64,000 bases of DNA from positions 960,001 to 1,024,000 of the forward strand of contig OZ242311.1 of NCBI GenBank assembly GCA_965207885.1. The letters run 5' to 3'. The stretch comes from Candidatus Latescibacterota bacterium. GTDB taxonomy: Bacteria; Latescibacterota; UBA2968. The notes beneath the pieces are model-generated. The model did not search any database and was not told the DNA's origin. It was given only the letters and a program-made list of their open reading frames with translations. The translations under genes were made by a program, and so were the position numbers. Below are positions 1-9,353 of this stretch, one piece after another. Position 1 is the stretch's first letter; each line of letters opens with the position of its first letter.

Positions 1-1
1 G

Positions 2-292
2 CGCCACGGATGTGTGCGGGTGATGGGGGATGGCGAGACGCTGGAGGTGTTTTACAGCCGGAAATGGGAGGAGCCGGAATATATTATGCGTTCGACTGTG
101 GATTTGAGCGCGGGCGATTGGCAGGCGTGGCAGACGAGTTATCCCCCCGAAGATATGGTCCGCGCCGAGGAGGATTGGGAGGGGGATGTGGTGCATGATT
201 CCTATGCGTTCAAAGAAGATGGGCAGTTGTATTTGTTTTATACCTGCTGGGAAGAGGATGCGATTGCCGTGGCGAAGCTGTACCGTGAATAA
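2..292 (+). CDS. C-terminal part of a putative glycoside-hydrolase-like beta-propeller protein (runs off the window start)
   Basis: Frame is open from base 2 (RHGCVRV...LEVFYSR...DSYAFKEDGQLYLFY...IAVAKL*); the last blade resembles GH43/GH32-clan propeller repeats. Confidence 0.45.
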   Translation, partial: RHGCVRVMGDGETLEVFYSRKWEEPEYIMRSTVDLSAGDWQAWQTSYPPEDMVRAEEDWEGDVVHDSYAFKEDGQLYLFYTCWEEDAIAVAKLYRE

Positions 293-420
293 CAGGAAGA
301 TTGTATGGTACGATTTGAAGCAGCGTGGGAATCTTGACAGCAGTACAATTGCCCCCAGTGGTTTCGATTGGGTTCTGGGCACCCTGGGGGCATTCGCGTT
401 AATAAATAAGGAGAAAAAAT

Positions 421-1257
421 ATGGTACCCTCACCTACTGAATGGGAGGACTATCTTTTTGATCTTCAGGGATTTCTCGTTCTGAAGGATGTCGTTTCTCC
501 AGAATTGATTGCGGAGATTAATGAGACGGTTGATCACTGGGTTGGTTTACACGAGGCTGGACACAAATGGATCGGCCATGTTCGCGGTAGCGATCCCGAA
601 CCCGTACAGGGTCCCGATATCAAGTTTGCCAATATTATTGAGGGGGGACCAGCTTTTGAGGCGTTGATCGATAATCCCAACTGGCTCGAGTACGTGAAGC
701 GCTATGTCGATAATGATGGGTTATACATCTGGGCTAACCATTTGTCTGTCAGTCGAAAAGGCAGCTATGTACCTGTTCATTCCGGCGGGCACAACAAGAG
801 TTATCGCACCAGTTTTCGATATCATAACGATAATTTCTATTGTGGCAATTTCAATGTTTTGCTCGCGCTGAACGATATTGGTCCAGGAGATGGCGGTACT
901 ATGATTGTGCCTGGATCGCATAAATGCAATGTGGTTAATCCTCTGGTTTTTGAGCAGGAGAATGGGCGACATAAGAATGTGGTTGAGCAGACGAAACTGA
1001 CGCCCTATTTAAAGGAAATGCACCTCAATGCAGGCGACGCTGTTATTTTTACCGATGCCTGTACACACGGTGCCAGTGTGCGGACCAATGACGGCGAGCG
1101 CAGGATACTGATCTACCGATATACTGCATTTTGGATGAAAAATGCTACTGGTTTTGAGCCGTCAGAAGAATTGCTCGCCAGGCTTACACCCGAGCGCAGA
1201 AAAATTGTGCGGCCCGTTGTGCCGATAAGACCGCCTGTTCAATCTGTGACTGCATGA
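421..1257 (+). CDS. PhyH-family Fe(II)/2OG oxygenase, H-x-G variant
   Basis: YLFDLQGFLVLKDV N-terminus, LNDIGPGDGGTMIVPGSH, GDAVIFTDACTHG, RR; AGGAG RBS; iron motif reads VHSGG. Confidence 0.88.
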   Translation: MVPSPTEWEDYLFDLQGFLVLKDVVSPELIAEINETVDHWVGLHEAGHKWIGHVRGSDPEPVQGPDIKFANIIEGGPAFEALIDNPNWLEYVKRYVDNDGLYIWANHLSVSRKGSYVPVHSGGHNKSYRTSFRYHNDNFYCGNFNVLLALNDIGPGDGGTMIVPGSHKCNVVNPLVFEQENGRHKNVVEQTKLTPYLKEMHLNAGDAVIFTDACTHGASVRTNDGERRILIYRYTAFWMKNATGFEPSEELLARLTPERRKIVRPVVPIRPPVQSVTA

Positions 1258-1277
1258 GTTAAAGAAGGGATGGGAAT

Positions 1278-2138
1278 ATGATATCGACACCGAATGAATG
1301 GGATGATTATCGATTTGATCTTGAGGGTTTTCTCATTTTAAAGAATGCTGTGCAGCCGGAACTCATTGCCGAGATCAATGAGAAGGTTGATGAATGGCTT
1401 GTTTTGAGCGACGCTGGTGAGGAATGGTTGGGTAATGTTCATGTTGTGAAGAATGAAAGTACCAATAGTCACAGTGTGAGTTTCAGGAATGTTATCGAAG
1501 GGGGTTCGTGTTTTGAGGCGTTGATCGACAATCCCAACTGGATTGAGTTTGTCAAGCGGTACGTGGATAACCACGGTTTGCATATTTGGATGAATTTTCT
1601 TCCGATCATCCGTCGTGGGAGCCATGTGAGGTTGCATGCTGGCGGTCACAATAAGATGTATCGCACGAGTTTTGAATATCACGACAATAAATTTTTCTGT
1701 GGCAATTTGAACATTCTCCTGGCACTGAATGATATTGGTCCAGGGGATGGTGGGACACTGGTCGTTCCCGGGTCCCATAAGTCCAATATTCCAAATCCGC
1801 TGGTGCATCAGAAAAGGCAGGGCAGGAAGGATTATGTTCTCGAGCCTGGTGATATGGCTCCCCTTCTCAAGGAGGTGCATCTCAAGGCGGGAGATGCCGT
1901 TGTGTTTACAGATGCACTTATTCACGGTGCCAGCGTGAGGACCAATGAAGGGGAACGCCGCGCATTGATTTATCGGTATTCGTCTTTTTGGACCAGGGAT
2001 CGTTTGGGGTATGAATACTCTGATGAGTTGGTGGCGAGATTAACGCCTGCACGGCGAAAGATTATTCGGCCTATTGAGCTATCAAAACCACCGATTACGC
2101 AGATGGATGCTGGTCATTTAGCGCCTGTATCGTTTTGA
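1278..2138 (+). CDS. PhyH-family Fe(II)/2OG oxygenase, H-x-G variant; close tandem paralogue of 421-1257
   Basis: Shares long blocks with the previous gene (FEALIDNPNW, LALNDIGPGDGGT); motifs LHAGG and FTDALIHG. Confidence 0.88.
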   Translation: MISTPNEWDDYRFDLEGFLILKNAVQPELIAEINEKVDEWLVLSDAGEEWLGNVHVVKNESTNSHSVSFRNVIEGGSCFEALIDNPNWIEFVKRYVDNHGLHIWMNFLPIIRRGSHVRLHAGGHNKMYRTSFEYHDNKFFCGNLNILLALNDIGPGDGGTLVVPGSHKSNIPNPLVHQKRQGRKDYVLEPGDMAPLLKEVHLKAGDAVVFTDALIHGASVRTNEGERRALIYRYSSFWTRDRLGYEYSDELVARLTPARRKIIRPIELSKPPITQMDAGHLAPVSF

Positions 2139-2201
2139 TTCGCAGGTACGAAGGCAAAGCTGGGAAGTACGCCGGAAGAGTGCCCATAAGGAGATAACCC
2201 G

Positions 2202-3086
2202 ATGATGACAGATCAGGAAAAGTACCTGTTCGATCTGAACGGCTATCTGGTCGTGGAAGATGTGCTGACGCCCGAACAGGTGCATGCGATGAACGAAGCG
2301 ATCGATCACAATCGCGAGTATATCCGCATTCGCAATCATGACAGTCTGTCCGGAGCGGCTGACCGTCACGGCGGGAAGGCTTCGGACGCCCTGGCTGGCG
2401 AACACGGTCGAGGGGATATGAAGGGTTTTCTGAATTGGCCGAAGCCGTGGTGCGAGCCGTTTCGGGACTTGCTGATTCATCCCGCGATTTTGCGCTATAT
2501 GGTTGACCTTCTGGGTGATGATTTTCGGTATTCGAATGCCAATGGAATTACGATGACGGCAGGCAATGAAGGCCACGTCTTCCACGGAGGTGGGGCTCCC
2601 ATGCGGCATCACTCCTTCTACCGGTTTCAGGATGGCAGGATGTGGAATGGTCTCACAGCAGTGTGCTATCAGCTCGCCGATGTAAATCCGGGTGATGGCG
2701 GATTTGCGTGCCTTCCAGGAAGCCATAAGTCCAACTATTCCTGTCCAAGAGAAATCCGTCGCCTGGAAGCCGCGATGGATAACGTACGTCATATTCCGGT
2801 CAGGGCGGGATCTGCGATTATCTTCACCGAAGCACTGATGCACGGTGCCCTGCCTTGGAAGGCTTCACACGAGCGCCGAACGCTTCTTTACCGCTATATT
2901 CCGGCATGTATGGCCTATGGAAGAAAGTATGAGCCGGACGAATATGAGTCCTTCGCAGATGAACTTTCACCTCTCCATCGTGCCCTTATCGAGCCGCCCT
3001 ATTACAGCGGGCGCCAAAGCATTGCGGAATTGCTCGAAGCAGAGGATGAACCGGAGCCTTCCGAGACGCAGGTGAATCATGGTTGA
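2202..3086 (+). CDS. PhyH-family Fe(II)/2OG oxygenase, H-x-G variant
   Basis: EKYLFDLNGYLVVEDVL, DGGFACLPGSH, FHGGG, FTEALMHG; AGGAG RBS. Confidence 0.88.
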   Translation: MMTDQEKYLFDLNGYLVVEDVLTPEQVHAMNEAIDHNREYIRIRNHDSLSGAADRHGGKASDALAGEHGRGDMKGFLNWPKPWCEPFRDLLIHPAILRYMVDLLGDDFRYSNANGITMTAGNEGHVFHGGGAPMRHHSFYRFQDGRMWNGLTAVCYQLADVNPGDGGFACLPGSHKSNYSCPREIRRLEAAMDNVRHIPVRAGSAIIFTEALMHGALPWKASHERRTLLYRYIPACMAYGRKYEPDEYESFADELSPLHRALIEPPYYSGRQSIAELLEAEDEPEPSETQVNHG

Positions 3087-3798
3087 TGAATATCTAAAGG
3101 AAGAAAAAGACACTCGGATTCGGATCGCTGTATATGAGGGCGAAGGTGCTGGTCCAAGTTGCGCGGAACTTCTCGAAGTGCTCGGCAAGGCAAAGGGAAA
3201 GCCGGATTTCGAGATTTTCAGGATGGACGCTCTGGCAATTCGTGGGGGTAAGCTCTCGGAGGTGGATGTTCTCATCCAACCCGGTGGTAGCGGAGGAAAG
3301 CAGGGGCGTGCCCTGAAATCAAAGGGAAGAGAAGCAGTGCGGGAATTTGTAAAAGAGGGAGGCGGTTTTATCGGGATCTGTGCCGGAGCCTATCTTGCGA
3401 CCAATGACTACCCGTGGTCTCTCGACTTGATAGATGCAAAGGTGATAGACCGAGAACACTGGGCGCGGGGCACTGGCATTGTGACGATTGAACTGTCTTT
3501 GGCTGCCCAGGATTTTTTTGGGATTGAGGAGAAAACTCTTCAGATTTTCTATGGTCAGGGACCGCTGATAGGGCGCCGTGAATCGGATGATCCACTCGTT
3601 CCGGATTACGAAAGTCTTGCTCTATACCGCACTGAGATCGCAAAAAAAGGTGCGCCCAAAGGCGTTATGCCAGGCACTTCAGCCATCGTTCGCACGCAGT
3701 TTGAAAAAGGCCGTGTGTTTTGTTTTAGCGCGCATCCCGAAAAGACAGACGCACTGGGTTATCTGGTGGAAAAGGCGGTAAGATGGGCGGCTAGGTGA
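3079..3798 (+). CDS. BPL-N / class I glutamine amidotransferase-like protein
   Basis: DVLIQPGGSG, GGGFIGICAGAY nucleophile elbow, terminal HPE. Confidence 0.8.
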   Translation: MVDEYLKEEKDTRIRIAVYEGEGAGPSCAELLEVLGKAKGKPDFEIFRMDALAIRGGKLSEVDVLIQPGGSGGKQGRALKSKGREAVREFVKEGGGFIGICAGAYLATNDYPWSLDLIDAKVIDREHWARGTGIVTIELSLAAQDFFGIEEKTLQIFYGQGPLIGRRESDDPLVPDYESLALYRTEIAKKGAPKGVMPGTSAIVRTQFEKGRVFCFSAHPEKTDALGYLVEKAVRWAAR

Positions 3799-3816
3799 AG
3801 GAATAAGGAGATCCGT

Positions 3817-5220
3817 ATGACATCACCCAATATTGTCTTTATTATCATATCAGACATGGGATGGCGCAATGTTGGCTTTCTGGGTTGTAAGACGCATGAG
3901 ACGCCGAATATCGATCGCCTTGCTCACGGTGGCATGATTTTTCCGCAGACGTATTCTTGTGGGCCTAATTGCGCGCCTTCCCGTGCCAGTATTATGTCGG
4001 GCATGTACACACCTCGTCATGAGATCTATACACCTGGTGGTGCATCTAAAGGCGATGTTCGTCTGATGAAATTGATAACGCCTGCTCGCGATGCCGATTT
4101 AGAACGCTTTCCTTCTAAATATCCAATAGCCCTCAAGCCCGATGTCACTTGCATACCACAAGTGCTCAAATCTGCGGGATATACTTGTGGTTCTATCGGC
4201 AAATGGCAACTTGGCAATGATCCTGAAGCGGGACCCATATCTAAAGGCTTTGACCACAACGTTGGTGGTCACCAGCGCATGGGACGCCATTTTAGTCCTT
4301 ATAAAAATCCTGCTATGCGCGATGGTCCCGAAGGTGAGTATCTCACAGATCGGCTGACCGACGAAGCGGTTCAATTTATTCAAGACAATCGGGATGGCCC
4401 TTTTTTTTTATATCTCGCCCACTGGGCACTGCACGCCCCCATTTTAGCCAAAGCTGGTAAAATTGCCGCCTACGAAAAAGTCGGGCATCCCAACCCGCCT
4501 TATGGTGCCATGGTTGAAAGCGTTGATGAAAGCGTAGGGCGCGTGATGCAAACGCTCGACGATCTTGATCTTGCAGACAATACTCTTGTCATCTTCTCAG
4601 CCGATCATGGCGGCATAGCCAAATACACCAATATGGATCCGTTACGCGGTGGCAAAGGCGCGCTTTACGAAGGCGGTATCCGCGTATCTACCTGCATGCG
4701 TTGGCCCGGTGTCATTCCTGCGGGCACGACATGCGATGTGCCGATCTACGGTATCGACTTTATGCCTACTCTGGCCGAAGTCACCTCTGGTACACTTCCT
4801 GAGCATCAACCTGTTGATGGTGAAAGCCTAATTCCTCTCTTTTCTGGCGCAACATCCCTTGAACGCGATACCCTGTACTGGCACTTCCCTCTGTATCTTG
4901 CGGGATCTGATTGCCAAAATATCACGCCCTTGCGGGGTGGTCGCGCAGGCCAGGGTACGGGTTGGCGCACTGTGCCTTCGGGAGCTATCCGCAAGGGTGA
5001 TTGGAAACTGATTGAGCAGTTTGACACCGGGAGTGTGGAACTTTACAATATTGCTCGTGATATTGGTGAAAAAAATGACCTTGCCACACGTCACACCGAA
5101 AAAGCCACTGAACTTTTGAAGGAGCTCAAAAATTGGCAACGCGATACAAAAGCCATTATCCCCAACGAACCCAATCCGTATTATGATATGGAGTACGAAC
5201 GCGCTGTTGCGCAACAATAG
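3817..5220 (+). CDS. Sulfatase (S1, Cys-type)
   Basis: PNIVFI, CAPSR core motif, DHGG, YEGGIRV; first metal Asp appears replaced (ISDMG instead of xDDxG). Confidence 0.92.
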   Translation: MTSPNIVFIIISDMGWRNVGFLGCKTHETPNIDRLAHGGMIFPQTYSCGPNCAPSRASIMSGMYTPRHEIYTPGGASKGDVRLMKLITPARDADLERFPSKYPIALKPDVTCIPQVLKSAGYTCGSIGKWQLGNDPEAGPISKGFDHNVGGHQRMGRHFSPYKNPAMRDGPEGEYLTDRLTDEAVQFIQDNRDGPFFLYLAHWALHAPILAKAGKIAAYEKVGHPNPPYGAMVESVDESVGRVMQTLDDLDLADNTLVIFSADHGGIAKYTNMDPLRGGKGALYEGGIRVSTCMRWPGVIPAGTTCDVPIYGIDFMPTLAEVTSGTLPEHQPVDGESLIPLFSGATSLERDTLYWHFPLYLAGSDCQNITPLRGGRAGQGTGWRTVPSGAIRKGDWKLIEQFDTGSVELYNIARDIGEKNDLATRHTEKATELLKELKNWQRDTKAIIPNEPNPYYDMEYERAVAQQ

Positions 5221-5247
5221 ATGGATATGACAAACAGGGAGAACGAA

Positions 5248-6636
5248 ATGAGTAAGCCAAACTTGCTGATTATTCACACCGATGAACACAATTTTCGCAC
5301 ATTAGGTTGTTATCGCGATTTGATGACTGAAGATCAGGCTTTTGTCTGGGGACCGGGCGTTAAAGTAGATACGCCTCATATTGATTCGCTCGCCCGGGAT
5401 GGCGCTATTTGCGACAGTTATTATTCGTCGTCGCCTGTTTGCTCGCCTTCGCGTGCATCTTTTGTTTCCGGTCTTTATCCGATTGCCACCGATGTGTATA
5501 AAAACGATATCCCCCTGAAAGAGGGGCTGATCACTTTTGCCGAGGTGCTCAAAAATCAAGGCTATGCCACCTCATATCTCGGCAAGTGGCATCTGGGTGG
5601 AGAAGCCAAGCCCGGTTTTGCGCCAGAGCACAAATTCGGTTTTGAGGACAATCGGTATATGTGGAACCGCGGTCACTGGAAGAAACTCGGGCTGAAAGAG
5701 GATGGCACGCCCTATGTTGCGGCGAGGAACAACAGGGGTGGACCTGCCAGCAGAGTAGATGGTGCCGACGAAAAATCGTTTACAACTGATTGGTTGACTA
5801 CCCGCACCCTGGAAATTATTGAGCGCGATCAGAATCAACCCTTTTGCATTATGGTCTCTATCCCGGATCCGCACGGACCAAACACGGTTCGCGCGCCCTA
5901 CGACACGATGTACAAAGACATGGTTTTTCAAAATCCGCGCACGATGGATTTTCCCGTGGAGAAAATGCCGAAATGGCACCGGTTTGGAGACAGGAATACG
6001 GCTCGTGAACTGAATCAGAGACAGATGCAGAGGTATTTTGGAATGGTCAAATGCATCGACGATAATGTGGGGCGCATTCTGGCAGATCTGGAAGCCGGGG
6101 GGCTGGATCAGAATACGATTGTGATTTTTACTGCCGATCATGGCGACCTGATGGGCGAACATAGACGCCACAACAAGGGGATGCCCTATGAGGGCAGTGC
6201 AAAGATTCCGTTTGTGATTCGCTGGCCTGGAAAGATCGCTCCGGGGAAAGTTGTGAATACCGCCTATACGACGGTTGATTTCGGTCCGACGATTCTGGGC
6301 ATTATGGGGATTGAGGAGGAGATTCCAAATGCCCACGGGTTAAATGATGCTGCGGCATTTCTCAGTGATGAAAAGGTGGTAGATGACGATCGTATTGTCT
6401 ATATGACTACTTCAACATCGCAGACCATTATGGCCGTTAACCGACGTTATAAACTGGTTCTCTCACAGGTTGATAATCCCTGGTTGTACGATCTGCATAA
6501 GGACCCGGATGAGCTGGTCAATGTATATTCCGATCCCGAATACAAAGAGATTGCTGAGAAATTTAAAGCTGAGTTGATTGCCCAGATGGAGCGCTACAAT
6601 GAGCCTGCATTACGCAAAGGCCGGCTCATTTATTAA
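5248..6636 (+). CDS. Sulfatase (S1, Cys-type)
   Basis: PNLLIIHTDEH, CSPSR, GKWHLG, ADHGD; start placed at ATG 5248 after GGGAG (ORF track starts at 5221). Confidence 0.92.
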   Translation: MSKPNLLIIHTDEHNFRTLGCYRDLMTEDQAFVWGPGVKVDTPHIDSLARDGAICDSYYSSSPVCSPSRASFVSGLYPIATDVYKNDIPLKEGLITFAEVLKNQGYATSYLGKWHLGGEAKPGFAPEHKFGFEDNRYMWNRGHWKKLGLKEDGTPYVAARNNRGGPASRVDGADEKSFTTDWLTTRTLEIIERDQNQPFCIMVSIPDPHGPNTVRAPYDTMYKDMVFQNPRTMDFPVEKMPKWHRFGDRNTARELNQRQMQRYFGMVKCIDDNVGRILADLEAGGLDQNTIVIFTADHGDLMGEHRRHNKGMPYEGSAKIPFVIRWPGKIAPGKVVNTAYTTVDFGPTILGIMGIEEEIPNAHGLNDAAAFLSDEKVVDDDRIVYMTTSTSQTIMAVNRRYKLVLSQVDNPWLYDLHKDPDELVNVYSDPEYKEIAEKFKAELIAQMERYNEPALRKGRLIY

Positions 6637-7848
6637 GTGGAGAAACCTATGAACGATGGGAAGGACAAAGGCGCGGCGTTTTTTCCGTATGTCATGCCAA
6701 GGGAAAGACCGGATCTGCCTTTGAGCCGTGCTATGGACCGGCTTTTTGCGAACTACAGTGAGCCTTCTACCTGGTGGAATGAGTTGTATTCCCAGTTTCG
6801 GTACACGGAGCTTGAAGGACTGGATTACCGGGGAGGAGATGGCAGGCTTACGAGGCGTGACCCGAGCAAGGTAATCAAAGCCGATGGCAAGTATTACGTC
6901 TGGTACACGCGGCGAAGTACGGATGCGCCTCCGCAGGGTCCGGGACGAGGTGCGGAATCGATTCCATCGACCGACTGGGATTTGTCAGAAATCTGGTATG
7001 CTACGAGTGAAGATGGTTTTGTGTGGGAAGAGCAGGGTGTTGCGGTGCCACGACCTGCCAAACCGCACCCCGGATGGCGGTCTGTTTCCACTCCCGACAT
7101 TCTCGTTTGGAAGGATAGATATTATCTCTATTATCAGAGCTTTCTGGAGATGTCGGGTACGCGTGGCGATGATTGTCCTGTGTCGATCTCCTATGCGGAT
7201 TCGCCGAATGGGCCCTGGACACCGACACAGGAGGTCGTGATTCCCAATGGTCCAAAAGGGTCCTGGGATCAGTTCTCTATTCACGATCCCTATCCACTGG
7301 TGTACAAAGGTCGAATCTACCTGTACTATAAATCGGATATGAACGCAGCACGGAAGCAAAACATCCGATTGCAGGGATTGGCCATTGCCGACGATCCGCT
7401 GGGACCCTTTGAAAAATGTCCGCTCAATCCCGTGTTGAATTCGGGACATGAAACGGGTCTGTTTCCCTTCAAGGGAGGAATTGCCGCGCTTGCGATTCGA
7501 CATGGGAATGAGCACAATACGATTCAGTTTGCTCCAGACGGAATCAATTTCGAGATTGCTTCTACTGTCAGCCTGATGCCCATCGCCCCGGGACCCTATG
7601 TGCCGGATGCGTTTACCAATACCGAAAATGGACGTGGGATTACGTGGGGGCTTTGTCACTTTACAGGCGTTGGAAAGCACAGTATTCTGGCTCGGTTCGA
7701 CTGCGACTTGAGTCAGGACCACGATGCTCCAAACATGCGACAGACGGAGCACTGGTGGCCACCGGAATACTATTACAAAAGTGGATTGGGTGAGGCGATG
7801 CGCCGAGAGAGGGAGCAATTGGCCAGAGAAGATCTGAAAAAGACCTGA
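6637..7848 (+). CDS. GH117-family glycoside hydrolase (3,6-anhydro-galactosidase-like five-bladed propeller)
   Basis: RRDPSKVIK..YYVWYT, DWDLSEIWYATS.DG..WEEQG.AV, SVSTPD, HDPYP, NSGHE motifs typical of GH117. Confidence 0.8.
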   Translation: MEKPMNDGKDKGAAFFPYVMPRERPDLPLSRAMDRLFANYSEPSTWWNELYSQFRYTELEGLDYRGGDGRLTRRDPSKVIKADGKYYVWYTRRSTDAPPQGPGRGAESIPSTDWDLSEIWYATSEDGFVWEEQGVAVPRPAKPHPGWRSVSTPDILVWKDRYYLYYQSFLEMSGTRGDDCPVSISYADSPNGPWTPTQEVVIPNGPKGSWDQFSIHDPYPLVYKGRIYLYYKSDMNAARKQNIRLQGLAIADDPLGPFEKCPLNPVLNSGHETGLFPFKGGIAALAIRHGNEHNTIQFAPDGINFEIASTVSLMPIAPGPYVPDAFTNTENGRGITWGLCHFTGVGKHSILARFDCDLSQDHDAPNMRQTEHWWPPEYYYKSGLGEAMRREREQLAREDLKKT

Positions 7849-7852
7849 TTCA

Positions 7853-9313
7853 TTGAAAGGTGAAATTGTTTTGAAAGAGCGTGAATCATCGAGTCTGTGC
7901 CCTTCCCGCCCCAATATATTGTTCATTATGACTGATCAGCATCGCAAGGCTGCGCTTGGTTGTTACGGTGATCCGGTTATTCAAACGCCGAATATCGACC
8001 GCCTGGCGGAGGAAGGCGTGTTGTGTGAGCAGTGCTGGACCCAGCATCCGATCTGTATGCCAGCCCGGGCATCGATCTTTACGGGCCGGTACCCACAGGC
8101 ACATGGGGTGCGACATTGCGGTGTGGATCTGCCGCTGGATGAAATCACCATGGCGCAGACTTTTATGGAACAGGGCTATCGGACGGGAGGCGCGGGAAAA
8201 TTTCATTTTCAGTGTCACTTTGACCGGCCGCCTTTTGTGCATACGATACCTCGTATGGATACGCGGTCTGAGCCTTATTATGGATTTCAGGAATTTCATA
8301 TTGGGGACGATGGTCGCCGTGGCGAACAAGCGTATTGGATTGAGAAAAATTATCCGGAACACGCTGGCAAGCCGGATCATGAAATTCCGTTGGAATTGCA
8401 CAATAGTACCTGGTCGGCAGACCATACCATCCGGTTTATTCAGGACTGCCACCAGAGCGGTGATCCATTCTTTGCGTTTTGCTCTTTTGTCGATCCGCAT
8501 CACAGTTACAATCCACCTTCGCCTTATCGGGAGATGTACAATGAGGCTGATATGCCCGCGCCCATTCGCCGAGAAGGTGAATTGGATGACAAACCAGAAC
8601 CTGTTCGCAAACGAGCGCTGGCCCATGGCAAGCAGAACGAGAACGTGGCTGCCGCTCGGACCCAGTATTACGGTGAGGTGACATTGATCGATGACTCGGT
8701 GGGGCGTATTCTCGAAGTGCTTGATGACCTGGGAATCCGGGAAAGTACGATTATCGCCTTCACCTCAGATCACGGCGATCTGCTCGGTGATCATTTCGAC
8801 TGGTACAAAGGCTTTGTGCATTATGAGCAAAGTGCCAGTGTGCCGATGATTTACAACTGGGGTTCTCGTTTGCAGCAAGGTAAGCGGTTGGGCAATATTG
8901 TGCAGTCCATAGATATCTTTCCGACACTATCTGACCTGGCCGGTGTAATACTACCGTCTGGTGTGCAGGGACGATCCCAGGTGTCTGCGCTGACTACCGA
9001 GAGCACCGCTACCGGGTACGATGCGGCTTTTATCGATTCGTATGTCGATGGGATAGAGAATCCGGATATTGCCCAGACCGGCGTCCCGCAAGAACCCAGT
9101 GTATGTACACTTCGGTCGCTGAAATGGCGCTACAGCTACTACGTTGGGAAGGGGTATGGCGAATTGTACGATCTCGAATCTGACCCCAACGAATTTGTCA
9201 ATCTGTGGGATGATGCTGGCAGGGAGCAGGTCAAGCGCCAGTTGAAAGACGAACTGATGGAACGCATCATCAAAGCGCGCGATCCTCTGCCAGTGCGGAC
9301 GCATCCGTATTGA
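7853..9313 (+). CDS. Sulfatase (S1, Cys-type, choline-sulfatase-like architecture)
   Basis: RPNILFIMTDQH, CMPAR, GKFH, SDHGD; exact start uncertain. Confidence 0.9.
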   Translation: MKGEIVLKERESSSLCPSRPNILFIMTDQHRKAALGCYGDPVIQTPNIDRLAEEGVLCEQCWTQHPICMPARASIFTGRYPQAHGVRHCGVDLPLDEITMAQTFMEQGYRTGGAGKFHFQCHFDRPPFVHTIPRMDTRSEPYYGFQEFHIGDDGRRGEQAYWIEKNYPEHAGKPDHEIPLELHNSTWSADHTIRFIQDCHQSGDPFFAFCSFVDPHHSYNPPSPYREMYNEADMPAPIRREGELDDKPEPVRKRALAHGKQNENVAAARTQYYGEVTLIDDSVGRILEVLDDLGIRESTIIAFTSDHGDLLGDHFDWYKGFVHYEQSASVPMIYNWGSRLQQGKRLGNIVQSIDIFPTLSDLAGVILPSGVQGRSQVSALTTESTATGYDAAFIDSYVDGIENPDIAQTGVPQEPSVCTLRSLKWRYSYYVGKGYGELYDLESDPNEFVNLWDDAGREQVKRQLKDELMERIIKARDPLPVRTHPY

Positions 9314-9353
9314 GGATGCGGAACATTGTTTTAACAATACCGGGATAATTCTT

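Noticed and set aside
350-392. TGCCCCCAG...CTGGGGGCA hairpin upstream of the first PhyH gene, containing CTGGGCAC
   Set aside because: No U-tract and it lacks the other conserved elements of a c-di-GMP-II riboswitch; function cannot be assigned
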